From Actinomycetota bacterium (GTDB lineage: Bacteria; Actinomycetota; Thermoleophilia; RBG-16-64-13): DNA of 59,875 bases. A program made the translations under genes and the position numbers. The stretch is taken from the NCBI GenBank assembly GCA_036795215.1, contig DAIRFC010000003.1:17600-77474 (forward strand). The letters are read 5' to 3'. Position 1 is the stretch's first letter; every line of letters starts with the position of its first letter. This document shows positions 9,576 to 19,104 of this stretch, one piece after another. The notes below the pieces were generated by a model, which was given only the letters and a program-made list of their open reading frames with translations, had not been told where the DNA came from and searched no databases.

Positions 9576-10292
9576 GTGAGTTCCCGCTTCTTCACCACTG
9601 AGGCGCTTGTCATCGGTTCTATGCGCTACCGCGAGGCCGACCGCATCGTGACGCTCTACACGCGCGAGCGGGGACGGCTGGGCGCGGTTGCAAAGGGGGT
9701 CAGGCGCACCAAATCCAAGGTCGGCGGCCGCCTGGAGCCCTTCACGTTGATCCGGGCCAGTCTGTACACGGGACGGAATCTCTACACCATCGTGGGCGTG
9801 GACACCCTGCGGACCTTCCAGGGAGTCCGCGACGAACTGTATCGCATGCAGGAGGGGGCGCGGCTGTTCACCGTCGTGCGCCACCTGTTTCCCGCGGAGG
9901 AGGGGAGCGCGCCGGCCTTCAACCTCTTGGTGCGCGGCATCGCTCGGCTGGCTGAGGCTCCCGATCCCGCCAGGGCGGCCGGCGTGGTGCTGGCGACGCG
10001 CCTGAAGCTGCTCGCATTACTCGGCTACGCCCCAGAGATGACGCAGTGCGCCAACTGTGGCTGTGAAGGGCCGTTCTATGGGTTCTCACCCGGCTTGGGT
10101 GGCGTGGTGTGCGAGTCGTGCGCCTCGGCCGGGGCCGCCTCATGCTTCGCGCTGAGCAACGGCGCCGTGTGCACGCTGCAGACTCTGCTGTCTAATCCTC
10201 TAGCTGAGGTTGATGGTTACGAGCTGGACGAGCGCGCAATGGCCGAGGTGGAGCAGGTGGTGGCGCAGACGCTGGCCTATCACGGGCACTGA
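9576..10292 (+). CDS. recO: DNA repair protein RecO
   Basis: N-terminal OB-fold pattern (EALVIGSMRYREADRIVTLYTRERGRLGAVAKGVRR) and C-terminal Cys4 zinc motif CANCG...CESC. Confidence 0.9.
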   Translation: MSSRFFTTEALVIGSMRYREADRIVTLYTRERGRLGAVAKGVRRTKSKVGGRLEPFTLIRASLYTGRNLYTIVGVDTLRTFQGVRDELYRMQEGARLFTVVRHLFPAEEGSAPAFNLLVRGIARLAEAPDPARAAGVVLATRLKLLALLGYAPEMTQCANCGCEGPFYGFSPGLGGVVCESCASAGAASCFALSNGAVCTLQTLLSNPLAEVDGYELDERAMAEVEQVVAQTLAYHGH

Positions 10293-10297
10293 GTGGT

Positions 10298-10331
10298 CGG
10301 CCGGGAGGGTCTCGCCTCCTGCGCCCGGCCG
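10298..10331 (+). terminator. GC-rich hairpin 6 nt after the recO stop (candidate intrinsic terminator, no U-tract)
   Basis: CGGCCGGG (10298-10305) pairs with CCCGGCCG (10324-10331) around an 18-nt loop. Confidence 0.35.
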
Positions 10332-10446
10332 GAGCCACACTACCCGGTTCCGCTTGCACTCGCGGGTACGCAAAAGCCGCTCCACCGGGCAGCGTGGCTC
10401 CGGATGCGGGAGGGAGCCCCTCCCGGCCTCTTCCTCATGGGAGGGG

Positions 10447-10612
10447 GTTGCTGAGTGCCCCGTCCTCACGGGTAGGGCTTCAGTGAGTGGCCTCGCCTTC
10501 GGCATCGGCGAACCGGCAGGTTGTTGCTGAGTGGCCTCGCCTTCGGCTTTGGCGAACTGGAGTGTTGTTGCTGAGTGGCCTCGCCTTCGGCATCAGCGAC
10601 ACGGCGGGTGTG
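10447..10612. repeat. Tandem repeat, 44-bp period, three full units plus one partial unit
   Basis: TTGTTGCTGAGTGGCCTCGCCTTCGGC occurs at 10521 and 10565. The core TGAGTGGCCTCGCCTTCGGC occurs at 10484. A partial GTTGCTGAGTGCC occurs at 10447. The 17-19 nt between cores is also similar (ATCGGCGAACCGGCAGG / TTTGGCGAACTGGAGTG / ATCAGCGACACGGCGGG). Confidence 0.9.
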
Positions 10613-10615
10613 GTA

Positions 10616-11051
10616 CTACGCCTCGGTAGGGTCGGCCAGGATCCCCAGGGCGCGGGCAACCTCGGCCAGACGGGCGTCGAAAGTAGCCAGGGGCACGTCC
10701 AGGGCCAGCGCCACTTGGAGGTATGATGCGTCATACGCCGATAGGTTGTGTTCGCGGGCGAGTTGAACGACCTCGGGCCAGGAGGGCGCGATCGTTCTTA
10801 GAGGCACTCTCAGGCTCTCCGCGAAAGCCGCCTCGATCAGCAAGGCCGTCCTGAGCTCTGCGGTTGAGCTTGCTCACCGCGATCTGAGCAAGCTCATGCC
10901 GTAGTAGTGCCGGGGCAAGAAGACGCCGCGAGCGAAGGAGCACGAGTGCTCGGTCGGACTGAGACTCTCCAAAGACCAGCGCCGCGAGCACCGAGGCGTC
11001 GCAGACGATGGCGCTACGAAGAGGCCGGATACCGGCTATCACGGAGCTCAC
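10616..11051 (-). pseudogene. vapC: PIN-domain toxin VapC interrupted by a frameshift
   Basis: The N-terminal half (IVCDASVLAALVFGE...AVSKLNRRA) and C-terminal half (ELRTALLIEAAF...LSAYDASYLQVALALDVPLATFDARL) are in different frames. The switch lies between 10845 and 10873. Confidence 0.75.
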
Positions 11052-11265
11052 GGATCCAGGCGGTGCCTTCGTCGGGCGTGGACAGGCCTAGGCGGCGGAC
11101 GTATTCGGCCAGCTCGTCAACGGTGATCTCGGTGTCCTCGAGAGCGGCCGCCTCGACGATAGCCAGCAACTCGTTCTGAAGCGACCGGTGGTTCCGCCGT
11201 GCGCGGGCGCGCAGGCGCTGTGCCACCTCCTCGGGCACGTTCTTGATCGACAGGCTGACGGCCAT
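11014..11265 (-). CDS. vapB: Ribbon-helix-helix antitoxin (VapB/FitA-like)
   Basis: 83 aa starting MAVSLSIKNVPEEVAQRLRARARRNHRSLQNELL, an RHH pattern. AGGAG lies 5 nt upstream of ATG 11265. The 3' end overlaps the vapC start. Confidence 0.75.
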   Translation of the reverse strand: MAVSLSIKNVPEEVAQRLRARARRNHRSLQNELLAIVEAAALEDTEITVDELAEYVRRLGLSTPDEGTAWIRELRDSRYPASS

Positions 11266-11544
11266 GAGGACTCCTGCCGCTGTGTGGTTCTGTATCAGCG
11301 TCATTCTAGCACCATCGGTTCGCGTGGTTGCCGGTCGGGGGAAAGCATCCCACGCCGGCGTCTCGTTCCTGTCCACCCTTCGTACTATCATGGGGTCGGC
11401 GGAGACTCCGAAGGTGCTGGCTCTGAAGGGACCGGCCCCCCTCGCCTGGTATTGGCTGGGTAGCACGATTGCGCGCAGTGACACGTCGACCGGGCCGATC
11501 GGCATGGAGCAACGGCAAAGGGACTCGTGAAGGAGGTCTCTGAC

Positions 11545-11898
11545 ATGGGTGAGAAGAAGCCGAAGGCCGACGGCGAAGCCGAGGTGCTCGCGACTATCGC
11601 CGCGATGCCGGACGCCGACCGCGGGATGGCCCAGCGACTGCATGAGATCATCCGGGCCAACGCGCCGGACCTGTTGCCACGACTTTGGTATGGGATGCCC
11701 GCTTACGCTCTGAAGGGCAAGGTCGTGTGCTTCTTCCAGAGCGCGGACAAGTTCAAAACGAGATACGCGACACTCGGCTTCGAGCACGAGGCGCACCTGG
11801 ACGAGGGCTCCATGTGGCCGGTCGCCTTCGCGCTCAAGGAGTTGACCGCCGCCGACGAAGAGAAGATCGCCGCGCTTGTGAGGAGGGCGGTGAGCTGA
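11545..11898 (+). CDS. DUF1801 (YdhG-like) domain protein
   Basis: Pattern [33 protein letters not shown] resembles the YdhG/DUF1801 family. AGGAGG lies 8 nt upstream of ATG 11545. Confidence 0.6.
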   Translation: MGEKKPKADGEAEVLATIAAMPDADRGMAQRLHEIIRANAPDLLPRLWYGMPAYALKGKVVCFFQSADKFKTRYATLGFEHEAHLDEGSMWPVAFALKELTAADEEKIAALVRRAVS

Positions 11899-12623
11899 TG
11901 GGCGGCGGTCGCCCCGAGTGGTTGTTCGACGAAGCGGCACACGTGGGCGTCGACTACGCGGACAGAGGCGTGGTCGCCGGCTACGACGCGCAGCACGAGG
12001 GCTTCAGGGACTACGAGGGGGAGGCTGAGAAGATCGTCGCGGCTCTCGGCCTATCGGAGGAGTCGACCGTGCTCGACATGGGCTGCGGCACCGGCGGGCT
12101 GTCGGTGGGCCTCGCACGGAGGTGCCGGCACGTCTATGCCGTGGACGTCTCTCAGGCGATGCTCGACGTCCTCGCAGGCAAACTCGAAGCTCTGGGACTC
12201 AGCAACGTCACCGCCCGCCCGGCCGGATTCCTCACATACGAGCACGTGGGGGAGGCTCCCGACGCGGTGGTCGCCAACATCACGCTCCATCACCTGCCCG
12301 ATTTCTGGAAACAGATCGCCCTGTGTCGCCTTCGCGATCTGCTCAAGCCCGGTGGCAAGATGTATCTCGCCGATGTCGTGTTCGGTTTCGAGCCGAGGGT
12401 CTACCAGGAGGCCATAGGTGCCTGGCTCGACGGCATGCGGGAACTCGCCGGCCCTCGGATGGCCGACGAGTCGGTCGTTCACGTCCGTGACGAATTCAGC
12501 ACGTGGGAGTGGGTGATGGCGGGGATGCTCGAGCGGGCAGGGTTCTGCATCGAGGAATGTCTGGACACGATGCCACAGGTGCGCACATACATCTGCTCGA
12601 AACCCGCGGAGGCGGCCGCATGA
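11898..12623 (+). CDS. Class I SAM-dependent methyltransferase
   Basis: SAM motif I VLDMGCGTGG and post-I VYAVDVS. The start overlaps the previous stop (TGATG). Confidence 0.8.
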   Translation: MGGGRPEWLFDEAAHVGVDYADRGVVAGYDAQHEGFRDYEGEAEKIVAALGLSEESTVLDMGCGTGGLSVGLARRCRHVYAVDVSQAMLDVLAGKLEALGLSNVTARPAGFLTYEHVGEAPDAVVANITLHHLPDFWKQIALCRLRDLLKPGGKMYLADVVFGFEPRVYQEAIGAWLDGMRELAGPRMADESVVHVRDEFSTWEWVMAGMLERAGFCIEECLDTMPQVRTYICSKPAEAAA

Positions 12624-12772
12624 GCGCGGATCTGCCCGCCACGACCGGGCTCGTCGCCGATCTGGCGGAGCTGCGCAGACAACTCTGTAAGGGCGCGATC
12701 CAGAGGGCCTACGTGGCGATCATCACCCACATGTCGGGACTACGCACCCGCCTCTCAGAGTCGATCGTGTAG
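12620..12772 (+). pseudogene. 50-codon N-terminal fragment of a conserved hypothetical protein (truncated)
   Basis: ATGA overlap with the methyltransferase. The peptide ...LRRQLCKGAIQRAYVAIITHMSGLRTRL looks like the start of a longer family I only vaguely recognise. The frame ends abruptly and overlaps antisense ORF debris. Confidence 0.3.
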
Positions 12773-13087
12773 ACGAGGGTGACCGAGCCGATGACCAGGA
12801 ACACGGCGTTCGCAACGGCAACGGCGAATAGTGGTGGCCATGCTCCAGCCAACCCGCGGCGGATGCGCCTGGGCTGACGTGTCTGCGCACGCCCGCGATC
12901 GAACAGGCCAACGTTGCAGTGGAGAAGACCAGCGTCGCCACGCCGGCTGCCAGAGCCGTTGGTAGAACGGTCACGCCGGGCTCCCCACCCATGTTGGTGG
13001 CGATCGGCCCGCTTATCCATGACTCGATCCAGAAGCCGTCCACCGCGACGTTTCCTTGGACGACTTCCCCTATGCCGTGGTCGTGCG

Positions 13088-13369
13088 ATGGTGCGTCCAC
13101 GAGGGAGAGAGACTCTGACAAAGGACGAGTCATATGCTCGGGCCCTGGCGATAGTCGACGAAGAGGGGTTGGCGGCGCTGACCATGAGGCGCCTGGCCTG
13201 CGATGTCGGCGTCAAGGCGCCGTCTCTCTATAACCACGTACCGAGCAAGGAAGCTCTCATAGATGGGATGCTGGCCCTCATGCGGTCAGAGGTGCGGCTG
13301 CCTGATCCGCCTCCCGGCGACTGGATGGAGTTGACGGAGCTGATATTCCGGGAGGCGCAAGGCCTGACC
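13088..13369 (+). pseudogene. TetR-family regulator, N-terminal HTH fragment truncated at the island boundary
   Basis: TetR HTH pattern ALAIVDEEGLAALTMRRLACDVGVKAPSLYNHVPSKEALIDGML. After about 90 codons the frame runs antisense into the well-supported convergent gene 13370-13918. Confidence 0.55.
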
Positions 13370-13918
13370 CTACGCCTGCTTGTAGTACTCCATCTCCGGT
13401 TCTGGCTCCAATATGAGGCTTGGCTCGTCGGGATCGGGAATATGAGCATACTTGGGATCGCGGCTCACATGCTGATACAGCCTCGGCCCGTTTGAGCACG
13501 AATAGAACAAGATGGGGCGATCGACCCGGTTCCATCCGAAGGGGCAGTGCCAAGTCTTGGGGGGGACGGCGATGACGCAGGCCTGGTCGTACGTGTGTTT
13601 CTCGTCTTCGATGTAGATGAAGAACTCGCCCCCCAGATTGTTCTGGTCGTTCGGATCGGTGCTGAGCAGGATGATGTACTCCATGTGGTCATGGTAGTGA
13701 GGTTTTTCAGTGGGACTGCTCTTTGGGGGCTCAAGCACCATCCCGCCGCTGAAATACATGCCCCCTTCTATCGCCCTATCATCCAGATAGACCTGGAATA
13801 TCTCGGGCCGGTCCAGATCTCTATGCAGGGGGTTGGGTTCTGTCCGAAAAACGAAGCACTTCCCGAACTTCGTATTCGGATCACCGCTCTTGGTCGCGCC
13901 GTACTTGGCCTCTTCCAT
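13370..13918 (-). CDS. Cupin-fold protein of unknown function
   Basis: Cupin-like His/Glu motif KPHYHDHMEYIILL..GGEFFIYIEDEKH..VPPKTWHCPF. Visibly lower G+C than the flanks. Confidence 0.6.
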   Translation of the reverse strand: MEEAKYGATKSGDPNTKFGKCFVFRTEPNPLHRDLDRPEIFQVYLDDRAIEGGMYFSGGMVLEPPKSSPTEKPHYHDHMEYIILLSTDPNDQNNLGGEFFIYIEDEKHTYDQACVIAVPPKTWHCPFGWNRVDRPILFYSCSNGPRLYQHVSRDPKYAHIPDPDEPSLILEPEPEMEYYKQA

Positions 13919-13946
13919 GATCGTCTGAGTCTCCTTTTCGCCACCG

Positions 13947-14705
13947 TTATCCGTTGATGTACTCTTGCCGTATCTCTTCCATGATCTTAGTAGCGAAGGG
14001 CCCCCTTTCTTCTTCCGTCATCGAGAACATCGGGAGCTCCCAGTCCATCTCGGCCAGGTTATCCAGCAGCATGGCGGTGAGATCGTAGGGAACGGATATG
14101 AGCAAGAGGCCTTCCGGCAGCAGCTTCTGGATCTTGAGGCCGTATCCCAAGCCGGTGACAGTGTAGTTCACGCTGCCGGTCGTGTAGGGGTAGGCAAAGA
14201 CCCAGGCGCACGTGAGGACCGGGGTCATGGTCGTGGTCAGCGGTTTGCCGGTGGAGTAGCTCAGAGCTCTGAGTATGACCTCGGCCTGGTCGGGCCGTGC
14301 GGTGATCACGAGAACGTCCGGATCGAAGGGGGCCTCGTCTATCCGCGAGAAGGCGACGTAGCGCACCGTGCCCGGCGATATCTTGGGTATGTGCTGATAG
14401 ATCCTCCGGTTCGCCCGGGCATCCTGATAGATGCGCTCTTTAGCGCCGATCTGCCCACTCTCGTAGATCGGTTCTGGGTCCATCAATCCCAGCACGAGCT
14501 GATCCACGCACGCGAAGTCCTCGGGCCCTGCATAGAAGGGCCGGCTGTCCTGGGCCTCGCGGAACATACGACATATCGGTAACCTCTTGCCCAGTCTTTC
14601 GATCCCCTCCGGCTTGTTGAGGAGGAATCTGACTGCGACCGGACTGTAGAGGAATTCGAACCGTTGCAGTATGGAGAAATCTCTCGGTCGTCGGTCCATG
14701 AACAT
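13947..14705 (-). CDS. DUF169-family protein
   Basis: Pattern SPVAVRFLLNKPEGIERL...C...TARPDQAEVILRAL is typical of DUF169 (COG2043). AAGGGAG lies 5 nt upstream of ATG 14705. Lower G+C. Confidence 0.65.
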   Translation of the reverse strand: MFMDRRPRDFSILQRFEFLYSPVAVRFLLNKPEGIERLGKRLPICRMFREAQDSRPFYAGPEDFACVDQLVLGLMDPEPIYESGQIGAKERIYQDARANRRIYQHIPKISPGTVRYVAFSRIDEAPFDPDVLVITARPDQAEVILRALSYSTGKPLTTTMTPVLTCAWVFAYPYTTGSVNYTVTGLGYGLKIQKLLPEGLLLISVPYDLTAMLLDNLAEMDWELPMFSMTEEERGPFATKIMEEIRQEYING

Positions 14706-14866
14706 CAATCTCCCTTCATCACCCCGGAGAGCCAGAGGCGTATCTCGGGGCAACTTCTCTGTTGCTACGGCGGCCTATATGCATGCAGGCACTAGCTGTT
14801 CGCAACACCTATGTTGCCAATGTAGTACCTTGCCGCGTGAATCACAAGGAAGTTGTAGGTGATCCC

Positions 14867-16486
<1,620 letters not shown>

Positions 16487-16496
16487 CTACGGCACC

Positions 16497-17156
16497 ATGA
16501 GCATCGACACTGTGATATTCGACTTGGACGGCGTCATCATCGACTCCGAGGAGGAGTGGAACGCCGTGCGCCACCGCGTAGCGGAGGCGCACGGCGGTCA
16601 TTGGGACCCCATGACCGACCAGGCGTTCCTCATGGGCGACAACTCCATGCAATGGGCCGCCCGGATGCGTGAGACCAACGGCGTGCAGCTCTCCGACAAG
16701 GAGATCTACGAGGCCATCGTGGAAGGCCTGCGAGAGAAGTACGTGCGTCGTTTGCCACTGATCTCCGGCGCCCGGGAGGCGATAGCCAGCCTATCGCTCG
16801 AATACCGTCTCGGATTGGCCTCGTCGTCGCCCCTGGAGCTGATCGAGTACGTGCTCGAGTTGGCCGGGCTGAGTGGCGATTTCCGCGCGGTGGTCTCTTC
16901 GGATGAGGTGTCTCGCGGCAAGCCCGAACCCTATGTCTACCAAGAGGCCTGCGCCCGGTTGGGCGCCGCGCCCGCGCACGCCGCGGCGGTGGAGGACTCC
17001 ACTAGTGGCATACAGGCCGCGGCCGCGGCGGGATTGGCGGTCATCGCCATTCCCAATCCCGCGTTTCCGCCTTCGGATGCAGTCCTCGACCTGGCCGACG
17101 TGGTGCTCGCCTCGATCGTACAGCTCGACCGCTCCGTCGTGGCCTCGCTCAGGTGA
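16497..17156 (+). CDS. HAD-superfamily hydrolase (beta-phosphoglucomutase-like subfamily IA)
   Basis: HAD motifs [22 protein letters not shown] and [11 protein letters not shown]. Confidence 0.8.
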   Translation: MSIDTVIFDLDGVIIDSEEEWNAVRHRVAEAHGGHWDPMTDQAFLMGDNSMQWAARMRETNGVQLSDKEIYEAIVEGLREKYVRRLPLISGAREAIASLSLEYRLGLASSSPLELIEYVLELAGLSGDFRAVVSSDEVSRGKPEPYVYQEACARLGAAPAHAAAVEDSTSGIQAAAAAGLAVIAIPNPAFPPSDAVLDLADVVLASIVQLDRSVVASLR

Positions 17157-17160
17157 CCCC

Positions 17161-17586
17161 ATGGTGTTGGTGTCGGAAGATCTGGAGATCCCAGAGACGG
17201 AGTTCTCTTTCACCACCTCTCGCAGCAGCGGCCCGGGGGGGCAGAACGTCAACAAGGTGAGCACCCGCGTGACCCTACTCTGGAGCGTGAAGGAATCGCC
17301 GAGCCTGAACGACCAGCAGCGGGAGCGCGTGTTCCAGCGCCTCCCCGGGCGCATCAACCGCGAAGGGATCCTGCGGGTGGTGTCGCAGCGCCACCGCACG
17401 CAGCTGGCCAACCGCGAGGCCGTGGTGCGGCGTTTCGGTGAGCTGCTGCGCGAGGCCCTGTCCGACGCGCCCGAGCGTATTGCCGTGAAGGTGCCCAAAG
17501 CGGTCAACGCAAAGCGCATCGAGGGGAAGCGGCGCCGTGGCCGTCTCAAGCGCGACCGGGTGGTCGATCTCAGCGACGAGTACTAG
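17161..17586 (+). CDS. arfB: Alternative ribosome-rescue factor ArfB (GGQ-domain peptidyl-tRNA hydrolase)
   Basis: 141 aa with SSGPGGQNVNKVSTRV and a basic C-terminal tail (KRIEGKRRRGRLKRDR). Confidence 0.85.
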   Translation: MVLVSEDLEIPETEFSFTTSRSSGPGGQNVNKVSTRVTLLWSVKESPSLNDQQRERVFQRLPGRINREGILRVVSQRHRTQLANREAVVRRFGELLREALSDAPERIAVKVPKAVNAKRIEGKRRRGRLKRDRVVDLSDEY

Positions 17587-17663
17587 CCGCTGACCCGCAG
17601 TGCACGCAGCCGGTAAGCCTCGTAATCGATAGCAGACAGACTCGGGCGTAGTGTCCCCCGGCG

Positions 17664-17704
17664 ACCTCTGCATTGTGCGCACAATGTGCGCACAATGCAG
17701 AGGT
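17664..17704. repeat. Perfect 41-nt palindrome (20-bp arms) containing two copies of the self-complementary decamer TGTGCGCACA 11 bp apart
   Basis: ACCTCTGCATTGTGCGCACAATGTGCGCACAATGCAGAGGT, with decamers at 17674-17683 and 17685-17694. Lies between the convergent 3' ends of arfB and the eis-like gene. Confidence 0.95.
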
Positions 17705-17821
17705 ATCGAGAAGGCACCGATGCGCACGAGGGTTCGGGGCCGCCGGTCTCTGACTCGACTCGTCTCGTCGGGCTAGGAAGCGGGCCAGGTCGGCCTCGCT
17801 CAACTGCCTCCGCTACAGGCC

Positions 17822-19093
17822 CTAGAACTCGACCACGCAGTAGGGGGCAGGGAGGGAGGAGAACATCCGGTCGGCGAGTTTGACAGCTCCGGGTGTCAGT
17901 TCTCGCAGCTTTCCGGCGGCCGCGAGGGTCGCGAACGACACGCCGCCAAGGTACACCGCGCCCAGCATGTCCATGGTAAGAGTGAGGTCGGGGGCCCGGG
18001 TGGTCAGGGTGCATTCGGCCACCGTGTGAGGCTCCGGTCCCGTTGCCGGCTCGGCTCCCGACTCCGCGCGCAGCAGGTAGCAGGTCCTCCTGAGGGTGGG
18101 GAAGGGGTCGGTGACCTCAAGGACGAGTTCGCCGGGGACCTCGTAGGTCCGGGCGGCCAGTGCCCGCGGCACGTCCAGCAGGCGCAGCCAGAGAAAGTCG
18201 GCAACGGCATCCACTTTGAAACGGCGCCGGTCGGCCAATAGCCAACGCAGTGGTTCGTCCACCCGGCCCCGCCAACAGGTGATTGTCTGGCACAGGTCCA
18301 TGTCGAGCAAGAAGCCCCAGAGAGCCCGGTAGACGTGGCGATCGGCGGCCTGCAGTTCGACCACCTGGACTTCGTTGGCCGGAGTCTCTCCCTTCCAATC
18401 GTTCTTCACCCGGTAACTCACGTAACCGTCGGGCACGCCTGGGATGGTCTCGTGGACGCAATGGTGCATCGCTCCGGCGCCCTCCCGCGCGGAGGGAGCG
18501 TCACCCAGGTATTCGGCCCACATTCCCGGAGTCCGGCCGACGGCTCCCGGCTGTCGCAGCCGGAGGCTCTCGTAGACAGGGGGCAGCTGCGAGGCCGCCT
18601 CGTCGGTGCTGAGCAGGCGGATACGGCCGGCGGCGCCGGTGTCTTGTGGATCGGTGAAGGCGGCGAAGGCCCGCTCCACGCCGAAGCTGGCGAAGTGAGT
18701 GGCCGGTCCGTAGCCGAAACGGCCGTAGATGTTGGCCTCCGAGGCGCCCAGCCCCGAGAGGATCTCGCCCCGCGCGGTCATGTCGGTGATCTGCGCGGTC
18801 ATGAGCCGGCGGAGTAGGCCGCGACGGCGATGCGTGGGAAGGGTGGCTATCCAGGTGACGCCACCCATGGGGACGACCGATCCGCCGGGCAGGGTGAGTT
18901 CCATGGACAGGACCCCCGAGGAGGCCACCAATCTGCCCTCTTCGAACGCGCAGAGAGAACGGTCGAAGGGAAAGCCCGCGCGATAGGCCTTCGCGTCTTC
19001 TTCCGTGGCCCCTTCACCGAACGCAACGCACACAAGTGCGAGGATGGCCGGGAATTCATCCTCCCGGATAGGGCGTATCTCGATGCCGTCCAT
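17822..19093 (-). CDS. eis: Eis-like GNAT acetyltransferase (GNAT + SCP2-like C-terminal domain)
   Basis: IRPIREDEFPAILALV...THRRRGLLRRLM...GASEANIYGRFGYG is typical of Eis-family proteins. ATG 19093 lies 11 nt after the upstream stop. Confidence 0.75.
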   Translation of the reverse strand: MDGIEIRPIREDEFPAILALVCVAFGEGATEEDAKAYRAGFPFDRSLCAFEEGRLVASSGVLSMELTLPGGSVVPMGGVTWIATLPTHRRRGLLRRLMTAQITDMTARGEILSGLGASEANIYGRFGYGPATHFASFGVERAFAAFTDPQDTGAAGRIRLLSTDEAASQLPPVYESLRLRQPGAVGRTPGMWAEYLGDAPSAREGAGAMHHCVHETIPGVPDGYVSYRVKNDWKGETPANEVQVVELQAADRHVYRALWGFLLDMDLCQTITCWRGRVDEPLRWLLADRRRFKVDAVADFLWLRLLDVPRALAARTYEVPGELVLEVTDPFPTLRRTCYLLRAESGAEPATGPEPHTVAECTLTTRAPDLTLTMDMLGAVYLGGVSFATLAAAGKLRELTPGAVKLADRMFSSLPAPYCVVEF

Positions 19094-19104
19094 AGTCTTG
19101 CCGC

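Noticed and set aside
10447-10612. Possibility that the 44-bp repeats are a CRISPR array.
   Set aside because: - The spacers would be only 17-19 nt and resemble one another.
- The whole 44-nt unit repeats.
- There are only about 3.5 units.
- No cas genes are in the window.
12709-13215. Minus-strand ORFs 12709-13215 and 12723-13133 as one real membrane-protein gene.
   Set aside because: - The hydrophobic segments are split across two frames.
- The ORFs overlap the plus-strand stub and the TetR fragment.
- I recognise no family.
- They are treated as probable remnants, not a callable CDS.
17570-17803. 77-aa minus-strand ORF spanning the 41-nt palindrome.
   Set aside because: It has no RBS and a Cys/His/Ala-rich odd composition generated by the palindrome itself. 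It overlaps the arfB 3' end.
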